Part shown: piece by piece, positions 41,901-50,756 of the stretch
Layout: the number at the start of each line of letters is the position of its first letter
Numbering within the stretch: the stretch's first letter is position 1
Assembly: GCA_045106415.1 (NCBI GenBank)
Contig: JBGCEP010000030.1
Location: forward strand, 34,233 to 98,232
Reading direction: 5' to 3'
DNA length: 64,000 bases
Origin: Oligoflexales bacterium
Lineage (GTDB): Bacteria; Bdellovibrionota_B; Oligoflexia; Oligoflexales; Bog-1112
Notes under the pieces: model-generated
What the model was told of the DNA's origin: nothing
The model's database searches: none
Seen by the model: only the letters and a program-made list of their open reading frames with translations
Translations under genes and position numbers: made by a program

Positions 41901-41985
41901 AGCACCTCAAAAAGATCGTCAATATGAACCAATGACTCCTTTTATCACACATTATGAACTTCCTCAGCAATGGATGATCCAATGA
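38920..41985 (+). CDS. Large exported TPR protein (GltD/AgmU-like size and architecture)
   Basis: Signal peptide; many TPRs (QLRLGYTYF, YYRIMWASY, AAKSYQNYLQKFPNH). Confidence 0.7.
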   Translation: MTKRLFKKTVLAGLLFHFPYLHAVDPQIVRNQEWEASDVFWKAFQTYENHKSQKADNHIHKNLNRLHTIAKNQSNKNTEDEYGALKKAASYYLKALQKQNVDNDGAIQLRLGYTYFKMCEIQGKEHQSCDKALDTLKYVIKKTPKGSKRQASMYMRSLLYEQKNSKELAQKSWGQIITQKKSDRYTFHAHIAQGDDFFEREISEKAYLSFHQAFLLSQKIPLLPSLEKTRIYYRIMWASYRTGRLKESIEHATLILKPGQSFDHEIGRRAILKDAQEIMADALYELKNHNLSMKKINSSTLKPYITEIVLRLAQRMHHHGEWKKSLQIALLVKNKNSLSKNQPKLLNMISDLYQKNKNTIQSIATLSELAMLLPHNSLWRQKNKSYPQHIKKMEQVAESAAISVAAWHYKRGLGSKDKRSLKSAATFYKILSEYNPKDPKAHEWKMRWSHCQSFSHHFDHAIAGYQMILSDKDSPFSSRENAAYQMIKVYENRLQETWQKISDQGRHIVQSPQINEKISQLEKSVTNFIHFFPDSKYKPHILLSLASAYRDIKKIKKAESFWEQTLLSGANSYQRSIAIQGLIYSNLERKNYLNLITICERFLRFEKWGQKNKNLQKELYQILAATLSKQNKIDMKNGQYKKSAERLHAILNEFKGIPKRTLFSRDTAYLYALSGDWKNSEEISHKFITHQKKSKHLADMYYIKARSQEYRFKFTEAAKSYQNYLQKFPNHSHAKESRLRAVHLALADENFILAAGLTIENMKYQPSKGSQIKECYQATKWLLQANSLQKSLKTAQECLNLSSTRSQILQSRLLIANLEWEQKDTKSQMTFKSLLKDITNSKNHLSPQRYADFIGEIHLQLAFMLQSKFHSIDIQSQPHQMKHQLHQKTLLFEKISHHLEKAGSFGSQPWNTQASYELGKISDHFANEIAMVQINKKKIRSLNEEQRYHRQIKRLQKMARRWHSHNILRRTRKPGQYNQDIWIKKSSIALQGVKAPQKDRQYEPMTPFITHYELPQQWMIQ

Positions 41986-43070
41986 TATACAGAAAGCATA
42001 TAAAATACTTTTTTGGTTTTGTTATCGGCTGTAATTCGACAAATCACAAAGAGACATTAGATATTATTCCAAGATCTAAAACTGAGATCTTATCAGAGGC
42101 TCATTTAGATTGGCAGCAATTTTTTGAGACACCTCATCAGAATAATATTAAAAAACCTGCAACTACAGTCCAAAATCATAATAAAAATCTCTACACACAA
42201 GCCAAAAATCACATCCATAAAAAAAACCTGTTAAAAGCAGAACACACTCTTCAGGCTTACTTAAGAGTTCACGGCCTAGAAAAAGAACCCCTTCTCGACC
42301 TTGTGATGGTTCATATTCAACGACACCATATCAAGGATGCCTTTATCACCCTTCAAAGCCTAAGAGAACACTTGTCTCACTTAGAAGAGATTCCATCAGG
42401 TTTTCTTTTTAGGTACCGCTACACGACGGCTATTGCCTATTTGCTGAATGGTGATCACTCAGAAGGAAGGCGTATTTTAGTGGACCTTATTCATAAAGAT
42501 CAGAGCTTTCGCCCAGGATATCAAGCACTGGCGTCATCATACTTAGCACAAAACCAAGATAACATTGCAAAATTCATTATTCAGCGAGGCATCGACCAAA
42601 GTGAGCCCTCACCTGCATTTTATAACCTTCTCGGCGCCTTATCTATGAATAAAAATGAAATCTTAAACGCACAGAAATGGTTTAGAAAATCTCTCAAGAT
42701 GCAACCAGAGTACACTCCAACATTAGTCAATTTAGCAAAATTAGAAATTTCACGGCGAGAGTATGTTTCTGCTGATCACCATCTACAACTTGCTCTCAAA
42801 AGTAACCCTAACTCAATAGAGTCTTTAGTCACTCTTGGTCTTTTAAAGCAAAAGACAGGAGATCATAAAAAATCATTAATTGCTTTCCAGAAGGCTCTTG
42901 AGCTGTATCCAGAGCATAAAATAGCTAGATTCAACATGGCTACCTTACTTGCGAACCATCTTCAAAAACCTATCGAGGCTCTAAGATATTTTCATGAAGT
43001 CAAACAACTTTCAGCGCCAGGAGAGAGTCTTCATAAAGTAGCTTCTAGCTACATCGACGATATGCAATAA
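41982..43070 (+). CDS. TPR lipoprotein (GltE/AglT-like)
   Basis: ATGA overlap; lipobox-like VIG-C; clear TPRs (FYNLLG, LVNLA, LVTLG, ARFNMA). Confidence 0.75.
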   Translation: MIYRKHIKYFFGFVIGCNSTNHKETLDIIPRSKTEILSEAHLDWQQFFETPHQNNIKKPATTVQNHNKNLYTQAKNHIHKKNLLKAEHTLQAYLRVHGLEKEPLLDLVMVHIQRHHIKDAFITLQSLREHLSHLEEIPSGFLFRYRYTTAIAYLLNGDHSEGRRILVDLIHKDQSFRPGYQALASSYLAQNQDNIAKFIIQRGIDQSEPSPAFYNLLGALSMNKNEILNAQKWFRKSLKMQPEYTPTLVNLAKLEISRREYVSADHHLQLALKSNPNSIESLVTLGLLKQKTGDHKKSLIAFQKALELYPEHKIARFNMATLLANHLQKPIEALRYFHEVKQLSAPGESLHKVASSYIDDMQ

Positions 43071-43166
43071 AAACACGCGCTATCACATTAAAAATTTTCC
43101 CATAGCAAGATCAACCACAATATCAGTCGGAAAATATTCTATATTGGCAAAAAACTCGAAGACTGA

Positions 43167-43196
43167 TTGACTCTCTTAATATGAGAATGTTATAGA
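43167..43196 (+). promoter_or_regulatory. Putative sigma70 promoter for tRNA-Pro(GGG)
   Basis: TTGACT-N18-TATAGA with a TG extension. Confidence 0.5.
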
Positions 43197-43207
43197 AAAA
43201 CATGTGT

Positions 43208-43284
43208 CGGGGCGTAGCGCAGCCTGGTAGCGCGTACGTCTGGGGGGCGTGAGGTCGCTGGTTCGAATCCAGTCGCCCCGACCA
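43208..43284 (+). tRNA. tRNA-Pro (GGG)
   Basis: CGGGGCGTAGCGCAGCCTGGTAGCGCG...CT-GGG-GG...GGTTCGAATCCAGTCGCCCCGACCA. Confidence 0.95.
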
Positions 43285-43491
43285 TTTTAAAATCATCACA
43301 CAGCATTCTTAATCCACAATCTTATTTCTTTTCATTCACTATGCCATCATGCATACGGTCTCATATGCCTTAAAAGTGACTAAAATAAATACCTACAACA
43401 AAAAATTCGGGATTTAAGTGGGAACGTTTCATCATTTTGATTTATATCGACGCGTTGTATAATTCATAGAGTACAACGCGAGGATATTTTT

Positions 43492-43926
43492 ATGGTTAAA
43501 AAAGTCGAATTAAAAACTGACAAAAACAAAACAAGTGTAAAAAAATTTATTGATAACATTGAAGACGACCTTCTCCGTGACGATTCTAAAAAATTACTGG
43601 CACTTTTCAAGAAAGTTACAAAATTAAAACCTGTCATGTGGGGGACGAGCATCATTGGGTTTGGGGAATATACTTACCACAGGTCAAATGGTGATGAAGG
43701 AGTTTATTTAGCAACTGGTTTTAGCCCAAGAAAGACAGGGCCCACTCTTTATATTATGCCTGGTTACCAAGACTACTCAGAAATTTTAAAAGATATTGGA
43801 AAACACAAAACCGGAAAGTCTTGTTTATATCTAAAATCTCTTAAGGACACTAATCTTGAAGCCTTAGAAAAACTGATTAAAACTGGGATGAAAGATTTAA
43901 AAAAATCACATGAAACTAATTTTTAA
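43492..43926 (+). CDS. DUF1801 (YdhG-like) protein
   Basis: PVMWGTSIIGFG.Y.Y, GFSPRK, GKHKTGKSCLYLK. Confidence 0.9.
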   Translation: MVKKVELKTDKNKTSVKKFIDNIEDDLLRDDSKKLLALFKKVTKLKPVMWGTSIIGFGEYTYHRSNGDEGVYLATGFSPRKTGPTLYIMPGYQDYSEILKDIGKHKTGKSCLYLKSLKDTNLEALEKLIKTGMKDLKKSHETNF

Positions 43927-44055
43927 AATCTGGAAATCGTTCAAAAAAATAAAATTATTTAATAAAACTTCGTGATTAAGTACTACTTATTCTTTTTTAA
44001 ACTATATAAAGTATCAAAAAGATGAAAATCTCTATATTTATATCAGCGCATAATC

Positions 44056-44652
44056 TCAAGAAAAACATTGAAACATTTTTTGAAAAAATTTACGCAAACT
44101 TTTTTTCTTCTTTTTTTCCATCTTTTTATCATCAGGTATATGCACAAATATTTTGTCTTCAAAAAACTCAGTAAAACATGATTTTTCAAAGCATTGTGGT
44201 ATTTTTTTCTCGAAGGCTGAAGATAAATTTTTCATACATTCTTCACAATAAACATGCTCACAAGAAAGTGTCACATACTGATTTTCATGCAATGTTTCAT
44301 AGCACTCAGCACAATATTGAATAACAAAAGCGCTGTGTTTATTTTGGGATTCTTCGACACCGTGATTTGCATATTGTTCATTATCTGATAGTTCTTCACT
44401 ATCTACAGCATATATATAACTATCAACCGAACTTATAGGAGAATCTGTTTCACATGAAAACGCTATCTCTGATGATTTTGAACCTCTTTCTATAGAGTCA
44501 TAAGATCCTAATGAAGATGCAGAAGAAAATAACTGGTCATCACTAAAATATTGACACTTTACTTCTGACTGAGGAGAGTCTCCATTTGCAGACAACGCTA
44601 CAGATCCTGACAAATAAAGACAAGAAAAAATCAATATAAACACCTTCATCAT
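44056..44652 (-). CDS. Signal-peptide protein with RING-HC (C3HC4) zinc finger
   Basis: MMKVFILIFSCLYLSGSVALSA signal; CAEC-x13-CEH-x2-CEEC-x14-C-x4-C; polybasic tail. Confidence 0.75.
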   Translation of the reverse strand: MMKVFILIFSCLYLSGSVALSANGDSPQSEVKCQYFSDDQLFSSASSLGSYDSIERGSKSSEIAFSCETDSPISSVDSYIYAVDSEELSDNEQYANHGVEESQNKHSAFVIQYCAECYETLHENQYVTLSCEHVYCEECMKNLSSAFEKKIPQCFEKSCFTEFFEDKIFVHIPDDKKMEKKKKKSLRKFFQKMFQCFS

Positions 44653-44954
44653 TACCCCCACAATTTATTGTAGATAGTGTACTCTAACAACCTGTTTAAA
44701 GTATGATCACAACCATCAATCACATTTTTTATGCAGTAGAACATGTCACTTCATCTTTGAAAGAGGATCAATTACATCATTCAACTTCAATAAGAGTTAT
44801 TGAAGGTCATCATCGAGTAAGGATAAACTATCATGCATATAAGATTTTTCATTTTATTTTTCAGTATCATTGGAATTGCCTTACTTGGCACATACCTTAT
44901 TTACCCCAACAGTTATATGAAAACACCAGAGAAACAAAAAATTTTCTTGCAGTT

Positions 44955-45545
44955 TTAAGCAATACGTTTCATACATACAGTATAGTCACGACCTAAGTAT
45001 CCGGTTATAATACTCACTTCACAATCCCCTAGGCTCTCACAATATGCTTTTGCTTGCTCAGGAGAAATAGACCAAAAGTTTTTTGATTGCGTTTGAAACA
45101 TATTAAAACGGTATTCATATCGGGTTTTTGCAAAAATTTTTTTAACCATAATTTCAAAAAAAATGCGATCTCCAAATGCAAACAGACCACTGCTAAAAGA
45201 ATAGTCATACTCTCGGGGCAGTCCATCAACAGCAACATTGCAGTCATAAAACCAGCAATCTGGGTGCTCGCCTTGGGCGTACTCGACAAATGATTTTGTG
45301 ATATCAAAACCATGCATCGAAGCTATGACGTGTTCGGATTTCAAGTATCGAAAAAAATCGCCCACCCCACATCCTATATCAGCAATAATTTTCTTTCTAA
45401 GTTCTAGATCTTGCTTAAGTACAGCAAAGCGTGTCCACTGTCCACGCGCTGTTGTCCAATGAGTCATTTCATGATGATGCCGATAACGTTGAATACGATT
45501 GGCATAGATTTTTTGTTGCCGCTTAGCTGTCCTTTCTAGCTTCAT
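44955..45545 (-). CDS. Class I SAM-dependent methyltransferase
   Basis: IIADIGCGVG, HGFDI, YDYSFSSG. Confidence 0.85.
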   Translation of the reverse strand: MKLERTAKRQQKIYANRIQRYRHHHEMTHWTTARGQWTRFAVLKQDLELRKKIIADIGCGVGDFFRYLKSEHVIASMHGFDITKSFVEYAQGEHPDCWFYDCNVAVDGLPREYDYSFSSGLFAFGDRIFFEIMVKKIFAKTRYEYRFNMFQTQSKNFWSISPEQAKAYCESLGDCEVSIITGYLGRDYTVCMKRIA

Positions 45546-45616
45546 TCTTCGGTAAGCTTCTAACAGCACAACAACTCCATAAGTCATGAAAATAAAATAT
45601 CTTTCTTAAAACAAGC

Positions 45617-45643
45617 TCGAGATTTAGAGCTGAGATCCGATAA
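45617..45643 (+). promoter_or_regulatory. Possible sigma28-type promoter
   Basis: TCGAGATT-N11-TCCGATAA versus consensus TAAAGTTT-N11-GCCGATAA, 23 bp before ATG 45667. Confidence 0.35.
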
Positions 45644-45666
45644 GCCTGTGGCATCAAGGGGTTGAT

Positions 45667-48021
45667 ATGAAAATTGCAACATTTCCACAAACCATTCCAG
45701 TGACACAGCAAAACCGTAACTTTGCGTCTCAAGACTCAAAAAAGATGTCAGATCAAGACCCACATCATGGCCAAATAGATCAAAACAATCAACCGAAAGA
45801 TCAAAGAGCCAGCGAACAAATACAAAAATCCCCCCTCCCTGCACAGCAGACTGCTGAAGATACACTGCCTCAGCCCTCAGAAACGTCTTTATGGGCTACT
45901 CTCCCCAAAGCAGGTCCTCCCCCATTTAAATCAAGCGAATTCCCACAGTATCTAGAGCATGAGGTTCTCGACATTTTAAAAGAAAGAATGAGGCAGAATA
46001 AAAGTATATTTGAAATGTGGCCATCTCTTCCTCCTGTGCGAGTTCTTCATGAGAGACTTGCTTATGACGCTATGATTCGATCAAAGATTATTGACCACAT
46101 TGAATTTAGGGGACAAAGTCGAGCAGATAACCCTGAGCTCATCGAGCTCTTTCGCAAAAAAGCATATGAAAAAGATGCTGCTTGGAGACAATGGGATCGG
46201 CAAAGAATCGCCTGGATAGACGATGTCCGACAGGAACGTTTATATTTCTGGAGTACTTTTGACTTTATACAGGGTCGATTTAAAGAAAAAGCTGACAATA
46301 ATTATGTGTATAGACAAGACTTTTTTCAACAGCGCTTTGAAAATGTTGAAAACGCAAAGGACATGCGACGATTTCTTAATGAAATTCGAGAAGCATCACT
46401 GCAAAAAAGATATGATATTTTCTGGGATATGGTTGCTAAAGGACTGGAAAAGCATCGCCATCACATTCCATACTCAGGCCGTAGTATAGAAGATCTTTTG
46501 AGGTGGCTACCTGACGTACCAAATAAATCTCCTTTGATTCAAGCTATTGAGGTTATAAAACTCAATCGTGAAATCAGTGCTGCAGAGCAAATTATGGATC
46601 ATGCCAACAGTCGTGCGGTATCGAATGCTGTTTGGTTTCATGACTTTAGTTTTGTCAAAGCAGAAAACACTGTTGAGCAGTTTCAAGACTACCTTTATGA
46701 TTTAAAGAAACGAGATCTCTATGAAATTTATATGATCCGCGACCATCGAAACCATGAAACCATGGAACACTTCGATGAAGCCATGTATGACACTCTCTAT
46801 CAAATCAATCAATATTGGGATCTTTGGGATCTCAAAAATCAACCTCTGCAGCATGCAGTTTCTGTTTTTGGATCTAATCGCTCTGCGATTCATGGCCTTT
46901 TCGAAACTGGGAATAAATCTCGTATTCAATTTGCTATGGAATTGAATAAACAAAATCTCGACTTCATCAGAGCAGATCAGATCTTTGCTAGACACCCTGG
47001 CACAAATAATGTTGATATTTTATACCACACCCAGATTTTTGATAGTTATAGCAAAATGCTTGACGATCGTTATCAGAGAAAAATAGATAATGAAAAAGTT
47101 GATATCAAAGCCGATTATCATAAACATTTTTTAACAGACCAACACCGCGCTACAATGATCGGCAGAAATATTGCAGAGTATGAAAAAAACGTCGAAGGAA
47201 TCGAACTCAAAAGACAAGAAAACACCGATCGCCAAAATTATTATGTTGACGTTCTCACGGCACCTTGGTCTGGGCAGAATCAATTCTTTAGCACACGTGC
47301 TCAAGAGCATGAAGAACAAGAAATTATTTTCCATGAACTGCTCACTTCAGATATCAATAAACTTCAAGAAAGCCGTCACACTTCATCCCTTCATGACAAG
47401 TATGACAAAGAGCACGTCGCATACTACATGAGTCGTAAAATGGCTGATTTTGACGGCATTGACAACATAAGCCTGGTAAGAAAAGATAGTCAAAATATCA
47501 TATCTCAAGAACGCAATCATGTTGACAGCGATGTCAACGCGTACCAAAATGCCGACAAACAAGCTGTTGGTTTTCATCGTGCACTGCATCACGCTGAATT
47601 TCGAGCACATCACTCTCAAGAAAATGAAATAGTTGTCAATTTAGCTTTTCATTACGAAACAAAAACACAAGCTCACCCTTATTCAGCCCCCCAAGAACAA
47701 TACTATGAAGACCAAGATTTATCTTCATTTCCAACTGAAAATAATGACTTAAAAACCTTCGCCCAAGCAACTGTTGATACACCACGAAATCCAGAGGCCA
47801 CTAAGGGAATTCAACTTTACGCAGGTCTTGAGATGCAAAACCAACTCTATCACAACTCCCCACCTCCAGACCCTTTATCCAAGGCAAATGATGAGTCTGA
47901 AGTCACTCGACAGCGAGATGTTGCAAAAATTAGATTTTTTGAAACAACTCGAGAATATCCAACAAAACCTATGAATCCAGAAGGTCTGGTTGAACAAAAA
48001 AAGCCTAAAAAACCTCTATAA
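45667..48021 (+). CDS. Large hypothetical protein (Q/P-rich disordered ends, helical core)
   Basis: 784-aa uninterrupted ORF with an SD-like AAGGGG; no recognised family. Confidence 0.75.
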   Translation: MKIATFPQTIPVTQQNRNFASQDSKKMSDQDPHHGQIDQNNQPKDQRASEQIQKSPLPAQQTAEDTLPQPSETSLWATLPKAGPPPFKSSEFPQYLEHEVLDILKERMRQNKSIFEMWPSLPPVRVLHERLAYDAMIRSKIIDHIEFRGQSRADNPELIELFRKKAYEKDAAWRQWDRQRIAWIDDVRQERLYFWSTFDFIQGRFKEKADNNYVYRQDFFQQRFENVENAKDMRRFLNEIREASLQKRYDIFWDMVAKGLEKHRHHIPYSGRSIEDLLRWLPDVPNKSPLIQAIEVIKLNREISAAEQIMDHANSRAVSNAVWFHDFSFVKAENTVEQFQDYLYDLKKRDLYEIYMIRDHRNHETMEHFDEAMYDTLYQINQYWDLWDLKNQPLQHAVSVFGSNRSAIHGLFETGNKSRIQFAMELNKQNLDFIRADQIFARHPGTNNVDILYHTQIFDSYSKMLDDRYQRKIDNEKVDIKADYHKHFLTDQHRATMIGRNIAEYEKNVEGIELKRQENTDRQNYYVDVLTAPWSGQNQFFSTRAQEHEEQEIIFHELLTSDINKLQESRHTSSLHDKYDKEHVAYYMSRKMADFDGIDNISLVRKDSQNIISQERNHVDSDVNAYQNADKQAVGFHRALHHAEFRAHHSQENEIVVNLAFHYETKTQAHPYSAPQEQYYEDQDLSSFPTENNDLKTFAQATVDTPRNPEATKGIQLYAGLEMQNQLYHNSPPPDPLSKANDESEVTRQRDVAKIRFFETTREYPTKPMNPEGLVEQKKPKKPL

Positions 48022-48229
48022 CGTCTTATAAGATGATATGAACATATTGGAACGAAACTTTCTTTCAGAGAAGCTGTAAGTTTAAAATGCATATCTCCGA
48101 CTGCGACATTTTAGGCGATAACAACTGGACTTCAAAAATCCACTTAGATCTTGACTGCACTCTTTCTTGACTTTATCAATAGTAGGAGTTAAGAACCTCC
48201 TACTAAAAACATTGAAAACAAGGAGATTT

Positions 48230-49192
48230 ATGTACTCAAGCATCAAAACCATAAGCTTCATAATACTTATAAGTACGACACCTCTATATTCAGGCACAAG
48301 TGACATCTATGACAGCACACAACAAACACTTCTAGAATTAGAATTATTAGAACAAGAAAAATACGAAAAAATCCAAGCACAAAGAGAAGCAAAAGAAAAA
48401 CACAAAATATTCCAGGCACAAAAGGCAAAAGAAGAATACGAAAAAATCCAAGCACAAGAAAAAGCACAAAAAGAATACAAAAAAATCCAAGTACAAAACG
48501 CAAAATATGAAAAAATCCAAGCAAAAAGACATAAAAAAATCTACCCACTTCTCGCTTGTGCTATCGAAATGATTGAAGACGCTTATTCAGATGGTCATTC
48601 TATTCATGCTGGCCTAAGCTTTTTAGAATATATCCAAGAACAACAATTTCATGACCTTAAAACCATTGAAAAAAGATGCATAAAAATTTTAAAAAAATAT
48701 AAAAAAAACTTTAAGAAATCAAAGTGTTTCAAAAACTTTAAACCGAAAAGTGATTTTGAAAAACATTTCGAACAACGTTTTCCATATACAAATATTAATA
48801 CTTCAGATTGTTCTTCTGAAGCGACCTCTGGACTCAGTTTGACATGTGGATTAGGCATATCTTTCGGAGGAGGGCTGTATCAAACAAGGACTCTAAGCTA
48901 TTTAGGCCTGTCTCGAAAAGTTTATAAAAGACGACTTCACGCCGGTTTGGGTTTCGGCCTAGGCCTTCTGCATCACAAAGCACCATACCCAACCTATGAC
49001 ACTTCAGGCAGCATGTTTGGCTGTATCGCTATCATTGGGGATGAAGAGGGATGTTGTGATGTTAGAGCATGCTGCGGAGTCGGAATCTTTACGTTACTTG
49101 ACCTCTCGGAACACGAAGCGCTTCCACATGTTTCAAGCTACAAACATCACCGATTTACAAAACTTTTAACCTTCTTAGGCTTCGAGCAATAA
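48230..49192 (+). CDS. Exported hypothetical protein with tandem coiled-coil repeats and Gly/Cys-rich hydrophobic C-terminus
   Basis: SD AGGAG before ATG 48230; signal-like N-terminus; YEKIQAQ-type repeats. Confidence 0.7.
   Translation: MYSSIKTISFIILISTTPLYSGTSDIYDSTQQTLLELELLEQEKYEKIQAQREAKEKHKIFQAQKAKEEYEKIQAQEKAQKEYKKIQVQNAKYEKIQAKRHKKIYPLLACAIEMIEDAYSDGHSIHAGLSFLEYIQEQQFHDLKTIEKRCIKILKKYKKNFKKSKCFKNFKPKSDFEKHFEQRFPYTNINTSDCSSEATSGLSLTCGLGISFGGGLYQTRTLSYLGLSRKVYKRRLHAGLGFGLGLLHHKAPYPTYDTSGSMFGCIAIIGDEEGCCDVRACCGVGIFTLLDLSEHEALPHVSSYKHHRFTKLLTFLGFEQ
48354..48525 (+). repeat. About five imperfect 33-39 bp tandem repeats (core TACGAAAAAATCCAAGCAC)
   Basis: Encodes EKYEKIQAQREAK / EKHKIFQAQKAK / EEYEKIQAQEKAQ / KEYKKIQVQNA / KYEKIQAK. 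Confidence 0.85.
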
Positions 49193-49221
49193 ACGCACCA
49201 AATATCAGATTACGTTTATAA

Positions 49222-49258
49222 GTCTGAGCATTTTCTTCTACACAGAAAACGCTCAGAC
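49222..49258. terminator. Hairpin between convergent genes, probable terminator
   Basis: GTCTGAGCATTTTCT / AGAAAACGCTCAGAC, one mismatch. Confidence 0.55.
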
Positions 49259-49412
49259 GGATCAATCTTCAATTTCATACCTTGAAAAGCAAGCAGAACT
49301 ATGATTTTAGTATTCAAGTAATTTTGAAAAAAATTAAAGAAACCTTCTAATCACAATCATGAGATATTCATGGAAGCCAATAAGCTCGATACTGCACAAT
49401 TTATCTTACCAT

Positions 49413-50162
49413 TCACTTTCGTGAGCAAGTTCGGTTGAATAAAAGATTCCCTTTACGCAGTCCTCTCAAAGACCAAACTTTCCACATGGCCTCTAAAATA
49501 ATATGATACGACATTTTAGAGGATCCAACTCTGCGATCTACAAAAATAATAGGAATTTCTTCCAATTGGAAATCTGCTAGCCAAGCTCGGTATTTTAACT
49601 CAATTTGAAACGCGTAGCCTCGACTGCTTACGTCATCAATTCCAATTGTCTTTAAGACTTGAGCACTCCAAGCATTAAAACCACCGGTTAAATCTCTTAC
49701 TGACATTCCTAAAATTGTACGAGCATAAAGAGAGCCAAAAGTGCTAATCATCTTTCGAATCAATGACCAATTTTCAGTGCCACCTTCTGCTACATACCTA
49801 CTTCCAAAAACGCCATCCGATACTTGAAGTTTTTCAATCATTGTTATCAAATATTTTGGGTGATGTGAAAAATCAGCATCCATTTCTATCAGATAAGGAT
49901 ATTCTCTTTTTAAACCCCAGTGAAAACCAGCGATATAAGCACTTCCAAGACCCAGCTTCGAGCCTCGGGGCAGCAGATAAATTTTCCCTGAAAACTCTTG
50001 TTCCATCACAGCTATTTCTTCACGAGTTGCATCTTGACTCGCATCATCAACAAATAGCATATGCACCTGAGGAACATGCTTCATCACTTCACGCACCAAA
50101 GGAATGATATTTCCTTGCTCTTCATACGTTGGTACTATTACGAGTGGTGGCATTTCAGGCAT
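49413..50162 (-). CDS. Polyprenol monophosphomannose synthase (GT2)
   Basis: IVPTYEE, VDDAS.D.T, GLGSAY, EMDADFSH, GSRY, DLTGGF, GYAFQIE. Confidence 0.9.
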   Translation of the reverse strand: MPEMPPLVIVPTYEEQGNIIPLVREVMKHVPQVHMLFVDDASQDATREEIAVMEQEFSGKIYLLPRGSKLGLGSAYIAGFHWGLKREYPYLIEMDADFSHHPKYLITMIEKLQVSDGVFGSRYVAEGGTENWSLIRKMISTFGSLYARTILGMSVRDLTGGFNAWSAQVLKTIGIDDVSSRGYAFQIELKYRAWLADFQLEEIPIIFVDRRVGSSKMSYHIILEAMWKVWSLRGLRKGNLLFNRTCSRK

Positions 50163-50225
50163 TGTTTTCTCCAAATCATGAATCCATAAAGGCTATCATA
50201 TCTTCAAGGACTTATCAGCATAGGA

Positions 50226-50756
50226 TCACTTCGTAAACAACAGCCATTGATCAACAAATCCATCACGATTCGGCATAACAATCTTCGGTAAACTGTCCTG
50301 ATTCATAACGACATCATCATCAATAATATGAGACTCAGATAAAATGTACGCGACCACAGCATATGTTTGATTAGAGTTAAGGACCCCTGGTGAAGTCATA
50401 GGCATCGCTCTACGAATATAATCAAACAGAGTCGTTGCATAAGGCCAATAGCTCTCAACGGTTTTCTGGGGCTTGCGTGTTGTCAGGCTTCCACGACCCC
50501 CTACCAAAGCCGGAGCTTGAAACACCACACCACCTTCAAGATTTTGCCCATGGCACATTGCACAATATGTCGCATACACTTGCTTTCCTTCAGAGCCTCT
50601 TCCTTGACCTTTTGGAAGATTTTGCCCCTGAGGGCCAATAGGTAAATCCCAATTTTTTTCGATAGATTCTGTCACCGGTTGTCCAAAATCAAACGATTGT
50701 GCAACAGCAGCGCCTCCGATAAACAATAACAAAAATAATTTAAAGAAGTTCTTCAT
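50226..50756 (-). CDS. soxD: SoxD-like monoheme cytochrome c
   Basis: CAMCH; YWPYATTLFDYIRRAMP; MPNRDGF. Confidence 0.85.
   Translation of the reverse strand: MKNFFKLFLLLFIGGAAVAQSFDFGQPVTESIEKNWDLPIGPQGQNLPKGQGRGSEGKQVYATYCAMCHGQNLEGGVVFQAPALVGGRGSLTTRKPQKTVESYWPYATTLFDYIRRAMPMTSPGVLNSNQTYAVVAYILSESHIIDDDVVMNQDSLPKIVMPNRDGFVDQWLLFTK

Noticed and set aside
44056..44070. CaaX prenylation motif at the RING protein C-terminus
   Set aside because: Ends QCFS, so Cys is third from the end rather than fourth.
44703..44996. 97-aa plus-strand ORF
   Set aside because: No SD or recognisable motif, and it overlaps the methyltransferase 3' end; likely spurious.
48354..48525. Short spaced repeats as a possible CRISPR array
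   Set aside because: Repeats are in-frame, degenerate and protein-coding, with no unique spacers and no cas genes.
48267..48548. Phe/Leu-rich minus-strand ORFs
   Set aside because: Antisense shadows of the A-rich tandem repeat.
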